Below are positions 20,506 to 31,698 of a DNA stretch of 64,000 nucleotides, piece after piece. The notes below the pieces were generated by a model that worked only from the letters and a program-made list of their open reading frames with translations, was not told the origin of the DNA and made no database searches. Position 1 is the first letter of the stretch. Each line of letters opens with the position of its first letter. Origin of the DNA: Candidatus Culexmicrobium cathedralense (GTDB lineage: Archaea; Thermoproteota; Methanomethylicia; Culexarchaeales; Culexmicrobiaceae); assembly GCA_025061115.1 (NCBI GenBank), contig JANZKC010000004.1:96001-160000 (forward strand). The letters run 5' to 3'. The position numbers and the translations under genes were made by a program.

Positions 20506-20837
20506 CCACTTACAATGAAATAGCCGTTAGTGACTGGCGTGCAACGGCAATCTTAGTGAGGCGCTTCATTGCTTAATTTCTTTTCATTCAAGTTTATAAT
20601 GACAACTCTTTGCAATTTGGCTTTGATTGTGTAGTTCAACTTAAACTTTGAGGGGACTGAAGCTGCTAAGCTGGGGCGTTATGCTTCGAATTCTTTTATT
20701 GGCAATGCCTCCAATGGTAGTCAAAGCATGATGTTAAATTAATTTTATATGTAAAGAAAAATTTATATATGTCCTGCCAAAGACTTTTCGCAGGCAGCAT
20801 TCATGGAACTGTGATGAGAGGCTCTAGGTGACATGAT

Positions 20838-22667
20838 GTGATGAGTGAAGTTAAGTCTAAAATTGGGAGTTTGGGAAGTAGTGGGGGAGGATTAAAGGTT
20901 AGGGCAATAATTTTAGGCGCCCTTTTTGCGACGTTGTTTAGTGCTATTAATGGTTATTTGAACATTAATTTTGGAATGAGCTTTGGCTATGGCCCGCTGG
21001 CAGTGATTATCGCGTACGCCTTATTTCACAAGTTGGGTGGGGGCTCCAGTAAGAAGGAGCTTTCCTTCGTGCTTATTGCAAGCTCATCCTCCTATACCGT
21101 TTACTATGCTTTGGGTTTCGTGCTGTACTTGTTGGAGACTGAAGGCAATGTTCAATTGCCCTCCTGGCTTGCTCCGCCTAAGGAGATTGCTTCGATGAAG
21201 AGCTTGGATTTACAGTACTGGATAACTCCAATCCTATTCATAATTTTCACTTACGTGTTGAGCATTGCAGTGGGCTTCATATACACCTTGGTTTTGAAGA
21301 GCGAGTTCATTAGAAGTAGGAGGATGGTTTGGCCATACGCTGCTGCTTCTGCTTCACTGGTTGACACGTGCTTCGGCGGTGAAGGTAAGGCTAGGCTTGT
21401 CGGATTATCAGCAATTATTGGTTTAGTAGTAACGTTCCTCCAGTTCCTCCCATCGTTTTGGGGCTATGATTTGACGATGATCAATTTAACGCCCTACCTT
21501 CCTGAGGGAATTGTATTCGCAGTATCGCTAAGCATTGCATTTGCATCTATAGGGTACCTGATAAGCGTGAATACCTCGCTCAGCCTAATGGTTACAGGTT
21601 TAATACTGTACTTCATAATTTCACCGGTACTGGTTCAGATGGGCGTGGTTGAGTACTCCACCGATCCAATGACGTTCTATAATAGTCTTGCATTCAACTT
21701 CTCGATTTCACCCGCCCTCGGCATTCTCCTCCTAGGCGGAGTGATAATCTCAATCATGGTTTTCCTAAAGAGCTTGTTTAAGAAGTCTCCAGGCAAATTG
21801 CAACAAAGCAGTGAGGAGGCTAATTTAGGGTACCTCCACCTGTACAAGGTGTTGATGAGAGGTCTGCTTTCAAATAAATTGTACCTTTCGGTGGTTGCAT
21901 TCTCTGCAGTTGCCATATTGAGTCTTGCTTGGATATTGAATCCGTTCAGCCCCCTCCCCCCAATAGTCTCCGTTCTCTTTGCTGCATACATCTTCTTTAT
22001 TGGAAGCTTCATAGAGTTCGTGCTCCTTACGAAGATGTCTGGGGAAACGGGGATGTCCATGGGGGTTATGTCCATATTCCTCTATGACCTGCCGATATTC
22101 AGTCTTGGCTATAGGGGGTATGCTGGCTACTGGGCTTACCAGTACTTCAGACCTAGCCCATGGATTGGAAATGGCGTTTTGCCATACATTAAGTATAAGG
22201 ATCAATTCGACGTTTCGCTTAAGGACGTGATTAAAGCCAAGATTGTCGGCTGGATTCCATCGCTGCTCTTCAGCATATTCTTCACGATATTTCTTTGGAA
22301 GTACATAGGCTTCGGGACATCCATAATGCCTGCAATAAGCTTTCTTCAAAGCAAACTGTACTTGAAAATGCTAGCTACGGGTAATATTGCTGGCACCATT
22401 AATCCATGGCTATTCGTTTCAGCAGGTATTGTTGGCGCTCTTCTCGAATTCTTGACTCCCGTATCCATGATTGGAATGGCGCTAGGACTATTCCTGCCAC
22501 CACAGTACATCATTCCATTTGGAATTGGAGGGCTGATAAGGTGGTATACGGACAGGAAGTATGGCAAGAACTTCTACAATGAGAAGGGGAGATTGATAGT
22601 CACAGGGCTTATGGCAAGCTCACTAATAGTTCAAGTAATAATGACGACAGTTACGAGGCTATTATGA
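20838..22667 (+). CDS. OPT/YSL-family oligopeptide transporter-like protein
   Basis: RAIILGALF..INGYLNINFG, MVWPYAAA, GMALGLFLP..PFGIGG, GLMAS. Confidence 0.75.
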   Translation: MMSEVKSKIGSLGSSGGGLKVRAIILGALFATLFSAINGYLNINFGMSFGYGPLAVIIAYALFHKLGGGSSKKELSFVLIASSSSYTVYYALGFVLYLLETEGNVQLPSWLAPPKEIASMKSLDLQYWITPILFIIFTYVLSIAVGFIYTLVLKSEFIRSRRMVWPYAAASASLVDTCFGGEGKARLVGLSAIIGLVVTFLQFLPSFWGYDLTMINLTPYLPEGIVFAVSLSIAFASIGYLISVNTSLSLMVTGLILYFIISPVLVQMGVVEYSTDPMTFYNSLAFNFSISPALGILLLGGVIISIMVFLKSLFKKSPGKLQQSSEEANLGYLHLYKVLMRGLLSNKLYLSVVAFSAVAILSLAWILNPFSPLPPIVSVLFAAYIFFIGSFIEFVLLTKMSGETGMSMGVMSIFLYDLPIFSLGYRGYAGYWAYQYFRPSPWIGNGVLPYIKYKDQFDVSLKDVIKAKIVGWIPSLLFSIFFTIFLWKYIGFGTSIMPAISFLQSKLYLKMLATGNIAGTINPWLFVSAGIVGALLEFLTPVSMIGMALGLFLPPQYIIPFGIGGLIRWYTDRKYGKNFYNEKGRLIVTGLMASSLIVQVIMTTVTRLL

Positions 22668-22751
22668 ATAAAGCAAAAACTACGCGTTTTGATTGATTTG
22701 CAAACGAATTTAGTTGCTAAAGCTATTTTTATTAAATCAACTATAGTTTAA

Positions 22752-23405
22752 GTGGCGATGAGCATGGTTGAAGTTAAATTAAAGTATTTAGGTCATGCAA
22801 GTTTCCAGGTCGAATTTGACGGTAAAATCATATACATAGACCCTTATGCTGGGGAGTACGTGGAGAAGGCTGACTTGATCCTAATAACTCACTCCCACAG
22901 GGATCACTGCGACCCTGAAAAGATCGAAGCTGTCACGAAGGAGGGCACTCTAATTTACGGCCCAAGCGCATGCGAAGCCATAGTTAGAAACTTAAGGGTC
23001 ATCAGGTCGGGCGATAAATTCGACTTCAATAATGCGGTTATTGAAGCCGTGCCTGCATATAATGTCAGGAGATTTAGGTCGCCTGGATTGCCATTCCACC
23101 CCAAGGAGTTTGGAGTCGGCTACCTAATCACCATCGGGGATAGAACCCTATATCACGCTGGGGACACGGACTTCATTCCGGAAATGAGGCAGCTTCAAAA
23201 CATCCATGCAGCTATGCTGCCTATTGGAGGCACTTACACCATGGATGTTGAAGAGGCAGTTCAAGCTGCAATTGCAATAAAGCCAAAAATTGCGATTCCA
23301 ATGCACATTAGAGATGAGAATCCACTGGAGTTCAAGGAGAAGGTTGAAGCGAAATCCAATGTTGAAGTTGTGGTTTTAAAGCCTGGAAGCGAATTGAAGT
23401 TGTAG
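22752..23405 (+). CDS. MBL-fold metal-dependent hydrolase
   Basis: LGHASF, IDPY, THSHRDH, YHAGDT, PIGGTYTM, IPMH. Confidence 0.92.
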   Translation: MAMSMVEVKLKYLGHASFQVEFDGKIIYIDPYAGEYVEKADLILITHSHRDHCDPEKIEAVTKEGTLIYGPSACEAIVRNLRVIRSGDKFDFNNAVIEAVPAYNVRRFRSPGLPFHPKEFGVGYLITIGDRTLYHAGDTDFIPEMRQLQNIHAAMLPIGGTYTMDVEEAVQAAIAIKPKIAIPMHIRDENPLEFKEKVEAKSNVEVVVLKPGSELKL

Positions 23406-23407
23406 CG

Positions 23408-24057
23408 CTAGCAACTGCAAGTCTTACATGGATGTAGAATTCCTCCACATTCTTTCATTAGCTTAAAATCAGCTTTTCCGCACCAGCTAATTACTGTCTT
23501 CCTCCTTGGATAGTCTGGATCTGGCAGGAATTCTCCTATCGCCAGCAATTCATCATCTGTCAAGACGCGCTTTATTTCAATTAATGCCTTCACTTTATCT
23601 GGGAGCTCCCCCATTACTGCAATCGTGAAAGTCCTGTCGAAAGCATTGCTTGGGAAGGGTAGGTTGTGAATTGAGGCAACTCTGGGGTCCACATTGCTTA
23701 TTCCCTTTCTTTTAAGATTGTCATTAAGCTTCAAGATTGCCGTGGGCTCGATATCTACGGCTAAAAGTCTGCTGCTCAGTCTGGTCCTTCCTGCAGCTTC
23801 AATGGTAACGTTCCTGGGCCGCAACCCACCTCTAAAATGCACATGCCACTTCTGATGTCCATCCAATCGATCACTTTTGATGGCGGTTGTAATTTCCTCC
23901 TCAATGGATTATCGATGAAGCGGGCGATTGGTGCAGGTATGGGAAAGTGGATGTATCTGCGCATAATTCTAACTACTACCTCCACAAGTAGAAACCATCC
24001 AATAAAAATGATGAGCGACCAGTAAATTAGTGCGAAATAGTGGATTCGGTTAGCATG
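23408..24057 (-). pseudogene. Class I SAM-dependent methyltransferase, frameshifted
   Basis: ILEVGCGPGT in ORF 23776-23985 continues as TIEAA..LAVDI..LPFPSNAFD in ORF 23408-23866; frame break near 23808. Confidence 0.8.
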
Positions 24058-24320
24058 ATATTACACCAATTATAGTAAATTACGCTTTAATACGTATAAT
24101 TTGTGGGTTCGCATTCTAGGTTGGCGGCGCACATTACTCTTAAGCTAGCTGAAGATATTGTGTATATTGCATTGGCTTGGGCTTTGCACCCGTAGCTAAT
24201 TAAGTTTAACTTAATTTTCGCTGTCCCGCCCATCATGCATTATTTGGGTCAATAGGTTGGGCATGGCCAGTTTTCTCTGATGCCAAGTCACGTAAATATT
24301 CAAGTTGTCCATACAGTTAA

Positions 24321-25043
24321 GTGCAGGAAAATTCGGGTGGAAGAATGTTAAGCGCAATTTCATTTGACTTTGGGGGTACGTTAGCTCGAGAATTGAAGGA
24401 GGAGCATCAAGTATTCCATGAGATTCTGATGGATTTAGGTTATTCGGTTGAAGTTGAATTAGTTAAGGAGGCGCTTTCAGCTGCATGGGATTGGTGGCTT
24501 CAAGAAAAAGCTAGAACTGGGAGGGTGTGGAGTGAGGAAGCTCTTAAAGATGTGATAAAGCTTATTTTGAGGCGAGTTGGAGCGCTGGACATTGAAAAGC
24601 TTGTGTTGAAGGCGGTGGAGCTTTATCCATACAAGTTGGAATTTGAAGTTTATCCCGACGTAGAGCCTGCTCTCAAGAAGCTTGAGCAGCTGAGATATAG
24701 GCTCACTGTGATTTCCAATGCATCTTCCCAGAGGAATGTGGAAATCTACCTTGAAAAGCTGGGATTGAAACGCTACTTCGACTTAGTAGTTGTTTCTGGA
24801 ACCATTGGCTATGAAAAGCCAAATCCCAAAATATTTCATGCAGCAGCTGAAATGCTTGGCGTTGAGCCTAGGGAAATACTGCACGTGGGGAATGATTATG
24901 AGGCGGACTACTTGGGTGCGAAGATGGCAGGGCTTAAAAGCATATTAATCGACAGGGATGGAGTTCATGGAAATAAGCAGTGCAATAGGATATCGAATCT
25001 CACCGAGTTGCTTGGAATTCTGGGGAAGCTGGAGCAAATTTAA
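24321..25043 (+). CDS. HAD-superfamily hydrolase
   Basis: FDFGGTL, VISNA, EKPNPKIF, HVGND..ADY.GA. Confidence 0.9.
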   Translation: MQENSGGRMLSAISFDFGGTLARELKEEHQVFHEILMDLGYSVEVELVKEALSAAWDWWLQEKARTGRVWSEEALKDVIKLILRRVGALDIEKLVLKAVELYPYKLEFEVYPDVEPALKKLEQLRYRLTVISNASSQRNVEIYLEKLGLKRYFDLVVVSGTIGYEKPNPKIFHAAAEMLGVEPREILHVGNDYEADYLGAKMAGLKSILIDRDGVHGNKQCNRISNLTELLGILGKLEQI

Positions 25044-25491
25044 TTGTAAACTCCATTCACTCCTCTACTCAGCAACTTTAACTGTGGATTCACAGACGTC
25101 ATTTATGCCGCGTCCCTCAGCTTTAACTCTGATGGAGTATGTTCCAATCTCCTTTGGAATGTCCTGAAGGATCACCTTCCATCTCCCTTGGAATTTGAGG
25201 TTTCAACAGTGACTTCGCCCCAAGCAGTTGACACCTTCACATTGACTCCGGCTGCCCACTCCAGTCAAAAATTTTGCCGCCGACGGTGATGGGCGCTGGA
25301 GATCTATGCAATCTAATTCTATTAGGAAAAGCTGCGCAAGTAATAGTCACAAAAACACCAAAGTTCATTCACAACACGCGTATTAAAACGTTCCCGCAGA
25401 ACCTTGGTGAGGAAACGAAACTATGTTTAATGCCTGGAACTTTGAAGCTGGACTAATATGAGCGTATTCAACAGTAGGTGCGAGGCAACTG

Positions 25492-26100
25492 TTATCCAAA
25501 TGGATTTCCCAGCAGAAAGAAAAGCGATAGAAGCATGCCATTTAGGGCAGTTGCAATGAATCTCAGAAATCTTCCTGTTGAAATGTAGTGGATTGCCCCG
25601 AAAAGGATGCTCGAAATAGTTGTGGCTGCGAATGCATTAAGTGAAGTGCACAGATGGGATATGAGGAATCCCCTAAACACTGTTTCCTCGGGCAATGCTA
25701 TGTAGTAGAGCTGATCTCCAGCCTTCCATGAATGTCTTTGAGGTTGCGGAGGCGTATTTCCAAGCAAGTTAAATTTTTACCATTCAATTTTGCCTCAGCT
25801 ATCTTCTCGATGAGAATGACTACTTCAGAAGCTATCCATGAAGTGACTGTGAGCATCAAAATTTTGTGGCTCTGGAATGCATATCCACCAGTTAATTCCA
25901 GATATGAGTAGCGAGTAGAGAACGGGCACTACAGTCCAAGTTAGGAATACGGGGTGCTTAGCTAAACCTAAATTTCTTCTCCTTTTATGCTGGTCGCTTA
26001 GTTTCAACGAGTACTGTACGAACAATGGTATTGCCAATGAAGTTGCAATCGCATATATGGTGGCGAGATGGGAAGCGAGGCTGCTCTCCTCAATAATCAA
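25492..26100 (-). pseudogene. CPBP/Abi (CAAX) intramembrane protease, fragmented
   Basis: PEETVFRGFL...SSILFGAIH in 25492-25767; upstream hydrophobic fragment 25825-26100. Confidence 0.65.
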
Positions 26101-26207
26101 GTAGATTTGCCTCCAATATCATTAAATGATTTAGCACTCAAATTAATGATTGGCTTCTCACTGCTATGTGCAAGTTACTGGAATTAATGTTGGCTGAAAA
26201 GCATCAG

Positions 26208-26897
26208 TTAATTCTTCAGGATGCCGCTTCTCTTGAGGAAGTCCATAAATTTCCTCCAAACCTTGGGGTGGCAGTATATCTCTGATGTGTTGTTGTCGTA
26301 GGAGACCTCCACGTTCAAGTTGGGCTCTTCGCTCAGCACAAAGTCGGTTACGTGCTTCTCAACAAGCTTGAGTTCATCGTAGCTTGGAAGGAAGAATGCT
26401 ATAACCCTCTCATAATTACCCTTATTCCTCTTGAAGAAGGAGTCGATAACAAGCTTCAACTTTGAATAGACCTTTTCAGCCACCTTGAAATCCCACTTGT
26501 AGCCGAACCTCTCTATCCATGGAAAGAATGGGCAGTCATAAATTAAGTTGTAGCCTCTCCACTGAAAACTCCAAAACTCCTCGGGCTCTAAGGCTAATGG
26601 CACTGAGACGGTGATGAACTTCGAATCAACCAGCCTCCCCCTCAACTCGTTTATTCTCCTATAGAATTCATCGTGGGGCGGATGGTAGGGCTTGTAGAAT
26701 GAGCATGGAATTAAAATTAAATTTCTAACTCTTCCCAATTCGTACTCGCTTGCCATGAAATTCAGCCAATCCCTTATTGGGCTTTGATCAAGCTTCTCCA
26801 GAACTTGCCTTGGATCTGGGAGGAAGAGCTCTGGATTAATTTTCGGATTAAGCTTCAAAGCATGTTCAAGAGTTATTTTCCCAAGGCTCATCAACAT
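26208..26897 (-). CDS. DUF5591 / archaeosine synthase (ArcS) core-like protein
   Basis: LILIPCSFYKPY, SVPLALEP.E, YD.P motifs match the ArcS PCSxxKPY domain; no TGT or PUA domain. Confidence 0.7.
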   Translation of the reverse strand: MLMSLGKITLEHALKLNPKINPELFLPDPRQVLEKLDQSPIRDWLNFMASEYELGRVRNLILIPCSFYKPYHPPHDEFYRRINELRGRLVDSKFITVSVPLALEPEEFWSFQWRGYNLIYDCPFFPWIERFGYKWDFKVAEKVYSKLKLVIDSFFKRNKGNYERVIAFFLPSYDELKLVEKHVTDFVLSEEPNLNVEVSYDNNTSEIYCHPKVWRKFMDFLKRSGILKN

Positions 26898-27397
26898 TCA
26901 CCCACGTACTTCAGCAGGGCATCCATTCTGCCTTCAAGAACCTTAACTAGGCAGTAACCAAGCATGTTTATGGCTATTATGGACCCGATTAATATTCCTA
27001 GAAATCCAATCTCGATGGGGACATCAAATAGTATTGCCAAGTAGGATCCAACTATGCCGGAGATGATCAATGTTTCGGCTAGCAGTGCTATTAGTAGGGA
27101 GCCCCTAAATTTCCTTTTAGCTATGATGAAGCCAATTGAGGCGGCCAATAGATTCGCTAAACTTCCTCCAACCACATCGATGATTCCATACCCGCAATAA
27201 ACGTTTGCTATGATGCATCCTAACGTTGTTCCCAAGATTACCGGCAAGCCCATGATGGTGGATAGTGCGAGCAGGGCGTCGGCAACTCTAACTTGATAAA
27301 TGTGGAAGGATATTGGAGCTAAAGCTACAACTCCAGCCGCATAAACTGCTGCGAACATTGCTATTGAAGCCAGCAGCCTAACCCTTTTCTCAACCAT
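26891..27397 (-). CDS. queT: QueT-family (7-deazaguanine precursor) transporter
   Basis: AAVYAA..LAPISF..YQVRVADAL...GTTLGCIIAN..GIIDVVGGSLANL. Confidence 0.85.
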   Translation of the reverse strand: MVEKRVRLLASIAMFAAVYAAGVVALAPISFHIYQVRVADALLALSTIMGLPVILGTTLGCIIANVYCGYGIIDVVGGSLANLLAASIGFIIAKRKFRGSLLIALLAETLIISGIVGSYLAILFDVPIEIGFLGILIGSIIAINMLGYCLVKVLEGRMDALLKYVGEC

Positions 27398-27657
27398 TCA
27401 CTTCCCTCCTCGAAGTGCGTCAGCTTTAGGGGCAATCGGGTTTTGTTGGGAACTGCAATTCTGCTGCTGTATTTGTCCATACTTTTCCGTAAAAATATTA
27501 CTTTATACGTATAAATAATTTCCTTCTTCCAACCCAATTCCCTAATGCATGTTTATTCATTTTGAGTTGCTTCGCTTGGATTTACTTGACTTTGGATTTG
27601 ATTTTAATGCTCCTTTTCCTCGATGCTTTACTATTTTATATTGTCTTCATGGATTAA

Positions 27658-28827
27658 TTGTTGGGATGGAAATTGATGAGAAACTTATCGGTGCTGCTTG
27701 CTGTAAGCTTGATTGCAGGCATCTACTGGAGCTTGATTAACCCAATTTATCAGCCATTCGCATTGAGCTTGGGGGTTTCCATGACTCTGCTTGGCTTGCT
27801 CGAAGCAGTTAGGGGTAGGCTGGGCTTGATTACGACTTTGACTCAGCTTTTCGGTGGGTTGCTGGCCGACAAGTATGGTAGGAAAATTATGATGTTGGCT
27901 TCAAGCATGCTAACTATGCTTTGCTTAGCGTTGCACTTGTTGGCTGCAAGCTTCAATAGCATTCCAATATTCATTGCAGGTTCAATTATGATGGGGTTGT
28001 CTTGGCTTGGCCTGCCTGCATGGAATGCATTGACGATGGAGTCGGCTGGCAAGGATAGGAGGGGCTTAGCTCTAAGCTTGACGATGTTCATGAACATTGT
28101 TCCAGGAATAATATTTTCGCCGATTGGTGGTTGGCTCTCCGAGCATTATGGCTACTGGTCCATATTCGCCATAGGCGTTGTGATGGAGGCTTCTTGCTTC
28201 ACGATAATGCTTCTATTCCTATCCGAAACGATTGGAAGGAGGATTGCTGAAATTAATTTTAAGGATTTTATTGGAAGTTTGCTTCCTAAGGGCGATAAGC
28301 TGAGGAACCTCTACTTGGTGATGACTGTCGATTCGTTTGCTTGGGGTTTGGGCTCGACGCTCCTATATGGATTTCTAGTGGAGTGCTATAATTTTACCAA
28401 TGTTGAGCTGGGGCTTCTTTCAAGCATATTCACTGCTTCATGGGCATTAGCGCAGATACCTGCTGGAAAGATTACTGATAAGTATGGGGCTAAGGCGACT
28501 CTGATCCTTTCGGAGCTATTTGGAGTACTAACTTTAACATTATGGCTTGTAGCGGGGGACTTCACGTCATTCGCAGTTTCACATGTAATTTTTGGCGTTT
28601 CACCTGCACTTTGGATTCCTGCTTTAAACACGTACGTTGCGGATAGGGCGCCTGAAGGTAAGGTTGCAAGCACAATTGGTGGATTAATGGCTTTTAGGGG
28701 GTTAATTGCCTTTCCAGCTCCATTCATTGGAGGATTGCTTTACGATTTAACTGGCTATCACTTGCCCATTGCATTGAATTTCATTGGGACGTTGACTGCT
28801 TTGATAGCCATAATTTTCCTCCTATAG
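27658..28827 (+). CDS. MFS transporter
   Basis: GGLLADKYGRK and GKITDKYGAK repeats; about 12 TM. Confidence 0.9.
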   Translation: MLGWKLMRNLSVLLAVSLIAGIYWSLINPIYQPFALSLGVSMTLLGLLEAVRGRLGLITTLTQLFGGLLADKYGRKIMMLASSMLTMLCLALHLLAASFNSIPIFIAGSIMMGLSWLGLPAWNALTMESAGKDRRGLALSLTMFMNIVPGIIFSPIGGWLSEHYGYWSIFAIGVVMEASCFTIMLLFLSETIGRRIAEINFKDFIGSLLPKGDKLRNLYLVMTVDSFAWGLGSTLLYGFLVECYNFTNVELGLLSSIFTASWALAQIPAGKITDKYGAKATLILSELFGVLTLTLWLVAGDFTSFAVSHVIFGVSPALWIPALNTYVADRAPEGKVASTIGGLMAFRGLIAFPAPFIGGLLYDLTGYHLPIALNFIGTLTALIAIIFLL

Positions 28828-28894
28828 CATTAGTTTTGCTTGCAGAATTTGGATGTAAAAGGTTAATTAAGCATGTTTCATTTTAAATTATATC

Positions 28895-31378
28895 ATGAGC
28901 GGTCCTGCCATTCCATCTCCAGAGGAGTTTCTGGGGTTTAAAGTCGGTGAGGATAGGAAGCTGGCTGATTGGAGTCAAATAGTCGAGTACTTCAAGAGGG
29001 TTGGAGAGCTTTCAGATAGGGTTAAGGTTGAGGTTTTGGGTTTAACGACTGAGGGCAATGAGTTTATACTGGCAGTAATTTCCTCTCCAGATACTTTAAG
29101 GGATTTGGAGAAGTATCGGCAGATTCAAATGAGGCTTCATAATCCGGAGGGGCTCAGCGATGAGGAGGAGAGGAGGCTAATTGAGGAGGGCAAAACGATT
29201 GTTCTCGTAACCTGCAGCATCCACTCCACTGAAATTGCTGCAAGTCAAATGTCGATGGAACTGCTGTATAGGCTTGCAACCGAGGAGTCTGAGGAAGTGC
29301 TGGAGATATTGAACAACGTCATTTTGCTCTTGGTTCCATCGCTAAATCCAGATGGAATAGTTAGGGTTGTTGATTGGTATAAGAGGACTTTGGGAACGAA
29401 GTATGAGGGCGTGTATCCTCCCTACATGTACCACAAGTACGTTGGCCATGACAATAATAGGGATTGGTTCATGTTCACTCAGGTTGAAACCAGATTGGCT
29501 GTGGAGAAGATCCATAATGTTTGGCATCCTCAGATAGTGTACGATTTGCATCAAATGGGATCCTATGGAGTTAGGTTTTGGCTTCCGCCATACATTGACC
29601 CCATAGATCCAAATGTGGATCCAATATTGCAGCAGGAGATAGTTTTCCTGGCTTCGTCCATGGCGAATGAGCTCATTGGCAGGGGCAAGAAGGGGGTGGC
29701 TTGCTACGCCATCTATGACGCGTATACTCCAGCTAGAGCTTATCAGCACTATCACGGTGGTGTTAGGATATTATCCGAGGCTGCGAGCGTTAAGATTGCA
29801 ACTCCAATTGAAATTAAGGAGGAGGAATTGAAGGTTAGAGGAGGCTTAGACCCTAAGGCTCAGAGGTGGAATAACCCCAATCCATGGCTGGGAGGCAAGT
29901 GGACTCTCAGAGACATAATAGACTATGAATTAATTGCAGTTATGGCTTGCCTCAGAAATGCAGCTAAATATAGGAGGATATGGCTTAAAAACACCCTACA
30001 GATATTTAAGAGGGCTTTGAAGCCCGAGTCCGGGCCATATGCCTTCCTAATACCTCCAAATCAAAGGGATCCATACAACATGTATTGGCTCCTAGAAATA
30101 TTGAGGACGGGCCAAGTTAGAATTCATCGAGCTAAAAGGGACTTTGAGGCTGAGGGGGCGGTTTACCCTGCAGGAACATACGTAATATATTACGCTCAGC
30201 CCTACGGCTGCTTCGCGAAGACGCTGCTTGAAGTGCAGAAGTACCCTGAGTTGAAGAGTGCGCCGGGAGAGCCCGTGAAAAAGCCCTACGACCTAACTGC
30301 TTGGACGCTTCCACTGCTCATGGATGTGAAGGTGGTCACCGTAAACAGGAAGTTTGAGGTTGAAGTTGAGGAGGTTCATGAAGTTAAGGCTCCGAGTGGG
30401 CGGATTATAGGCGGCGAGAAGGCTGAGTGCTACGTATTCACTCCCGAGTCAAATGCTTCGTACAAGTTGGCTGTAGCACTACTTAAAGAGGGATTCAAGG
30501 TTAGGAGGGCTGCCGAGCCCATAAGGGTGGGCGAAGATGGAGAGCTTCCTCCAGGGGCATTCATTGTTTTAGATCGGGATGGAGTTAAGCGTAAAATATC
30601 GCAATTGCTAGGGGAGTTACCATTAAAAGTGTATGGCTTAACTGAAATTCCCTCCGTAAAGGCGTTTGACGTTAAGCTTCCCAGAATAGCAATCTATCAG
30701 AGCTGGTTCCCAATAGCAGATGAAGGTTGGACGAGATTCATACTTGAAAAATTCGGCTACCCATATGAAACAGTTCACGACAAGGACATCAGAAGAGGGG
30801 GATTAAATGAGAGGTTCGACGTCATAATAATTCCAAGTCAAAAGCTCGAGGACATAATTAATGGTAGAAGCGAAAAGAATTATCCGCCGGAATACTGCGG
30901 AGGAATAGGTGAGGTAGGAGTAGAAAACCTGAACGAATTCGTAATTAATGGAGGAGTACTGGTAACCCTCAATCGAAGCTGCATGCTCCCAATAAAGAGG
31001 ATGTGGATACCGGTGAGCAATGCGCTGGAGGGATTAAGTGAGGAGGAATTCTACATTCCAGGAGCAATTCTGAGGGTAACCGTCAACACTAATCATCCAG
31101 TAGGGTATGGCATGCCCATCGATGCATCAGTGCTATTCGTCAATAGCCCGGCCTTCAAATGCCAGGAAAAGTACGTGGTGGCCAAGTATCCGCCGACAAA
31201 TCCACTCTTAAGCGGATATATCCTAGGCGAGCAGCACCTCCACAATTTAGCTGCAATAGCCGATGTTCCAAAGGGGAAGGGGAGAATAATATTGTTTGGG
31301 GCTCCAGTACAGTTCAGATGCCAAACGCCTGGAACATTCAAAATGCTATTCAACGCACTACTCTACCCTCAAACTTAG
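28895..31378 (+). CDS. M14 zinc carboxypeptidase family protein with C-terminal GATase-like domain
   Basis: SIHSTE, LNPDG, DNNRDW, DLHQMG; C-terminal DEGWTRF..FDVIIIPS..FVINGG. Confidence 0.88.
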   Translation: MSGPAIPSPEEFLGFKVGEDRKLADWSQIVEYFKRVGELSDRVKVEVLGLTTEGNEFILAVISSPDTLRDLEKYRQIQMRLHNPEGLSDEEERRLIEEGKTIVLVTCSIHSTEIAASQMSMELLYRLATEESEEVLEILNNVILLLVPSLNPDGIVRVVDWYKRTLGTKYEGVYPPYMYHKYVGHDNNRDWFMFTQVETRLAVEKIHNVWHPQIVYDLHQMGSYGVRFWLPPYIDPIDPNVDPILQQEIVFLASSMANELIGRGKKGVACYAIYDAYTPARAYQHYHGGVRILSEAASVKIATPIEIKEEELKVRGGLDPKAQRWNNPNPWLGGKWTLRDIIDYELIAVMACLRNAAKYRRIWLKNTLQIFKRALKPESGPYAFLIPPNQRDPYNMYWLLEILRTGQVRIHRAKRDFEAEGAVYPAGTYVIYYAQPYGCFAKTLLEVQKYPELKSAPGEPVKKPYDLTAWTLPLLMDVKVVTVNRKFEVEVEEVHEVKAPSGRIIGGEKAECYVFTPESNASYKLAVALLKEGFKVRRAAEPIRVGEDGELPPGAFIVLDRDGVKRKISQLLGELPLKVYGLTEIPSVKAFDVKLPRIAIYQSWFPIADEGWTRFILEKFGYPYETVHDKDIRRGGLNERFDVIIIPSQKLEDIINGRSEKNYPPEYCGGIGEVGVENLNEFVINGGVLVTLNRSCMLPIKRMWIPVSNALEGLSEEEFYIPGAILRVTVNTNHPVGYGMPIDASVLFVNSPAFKCQEKYVVAKYPPTNPLLSGYILGEQHLHNLAAIADVPKGKGRIILFGAPVQFRCQTPGTFKMLFNALLYPQT

Positions 31379-31599
31379 CGTCACCCTCGCTTGAGAGAGC
31401 TACCTATTTGCCTTCAACCCATTTATATTGTTACTTGTACTATGTGAGCAGCCAACTTCCTGAGAGTAGCTGCGACATTAAATTGGAGAGCAGCTGGCTA
31501 TCAGAATGTAATCAGCTGGGTTAAGGGTTGAATCGGCGATGAATTTGCACCTATTAAGCCTGATGCAAACAGCCATTGCCTCATCGCCGACTTTGGTTG

Positions 31600-31681
31600 A
31601 GGCTCGAGGTTTTGGAGCAAGCGTAAGTGACTCGCGGATGATCGGCCAGACAATTTCAATGTCCAAGTGACGTTTCAGCAC
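31600..31681 (-). pseudogene. Possible HepT/DUF86 (HEPN) C-terminal remnant
   Basis: RHLDIEIVWPIIRESL resembles the DUF86 'D.EIVW.II...L' tail. Confidence 0.35.
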
Positions 31682-31698
31682 AACTTCATTTGAAGATC

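Noticed and set aside
27398-27520. preQ1 riboswitch upstream of queT
   Set aside because: No convincing preQ1-I stem with GUUC loop and A-rich tail could be folded by eye; an Infernal/Rfam scan would be decisive
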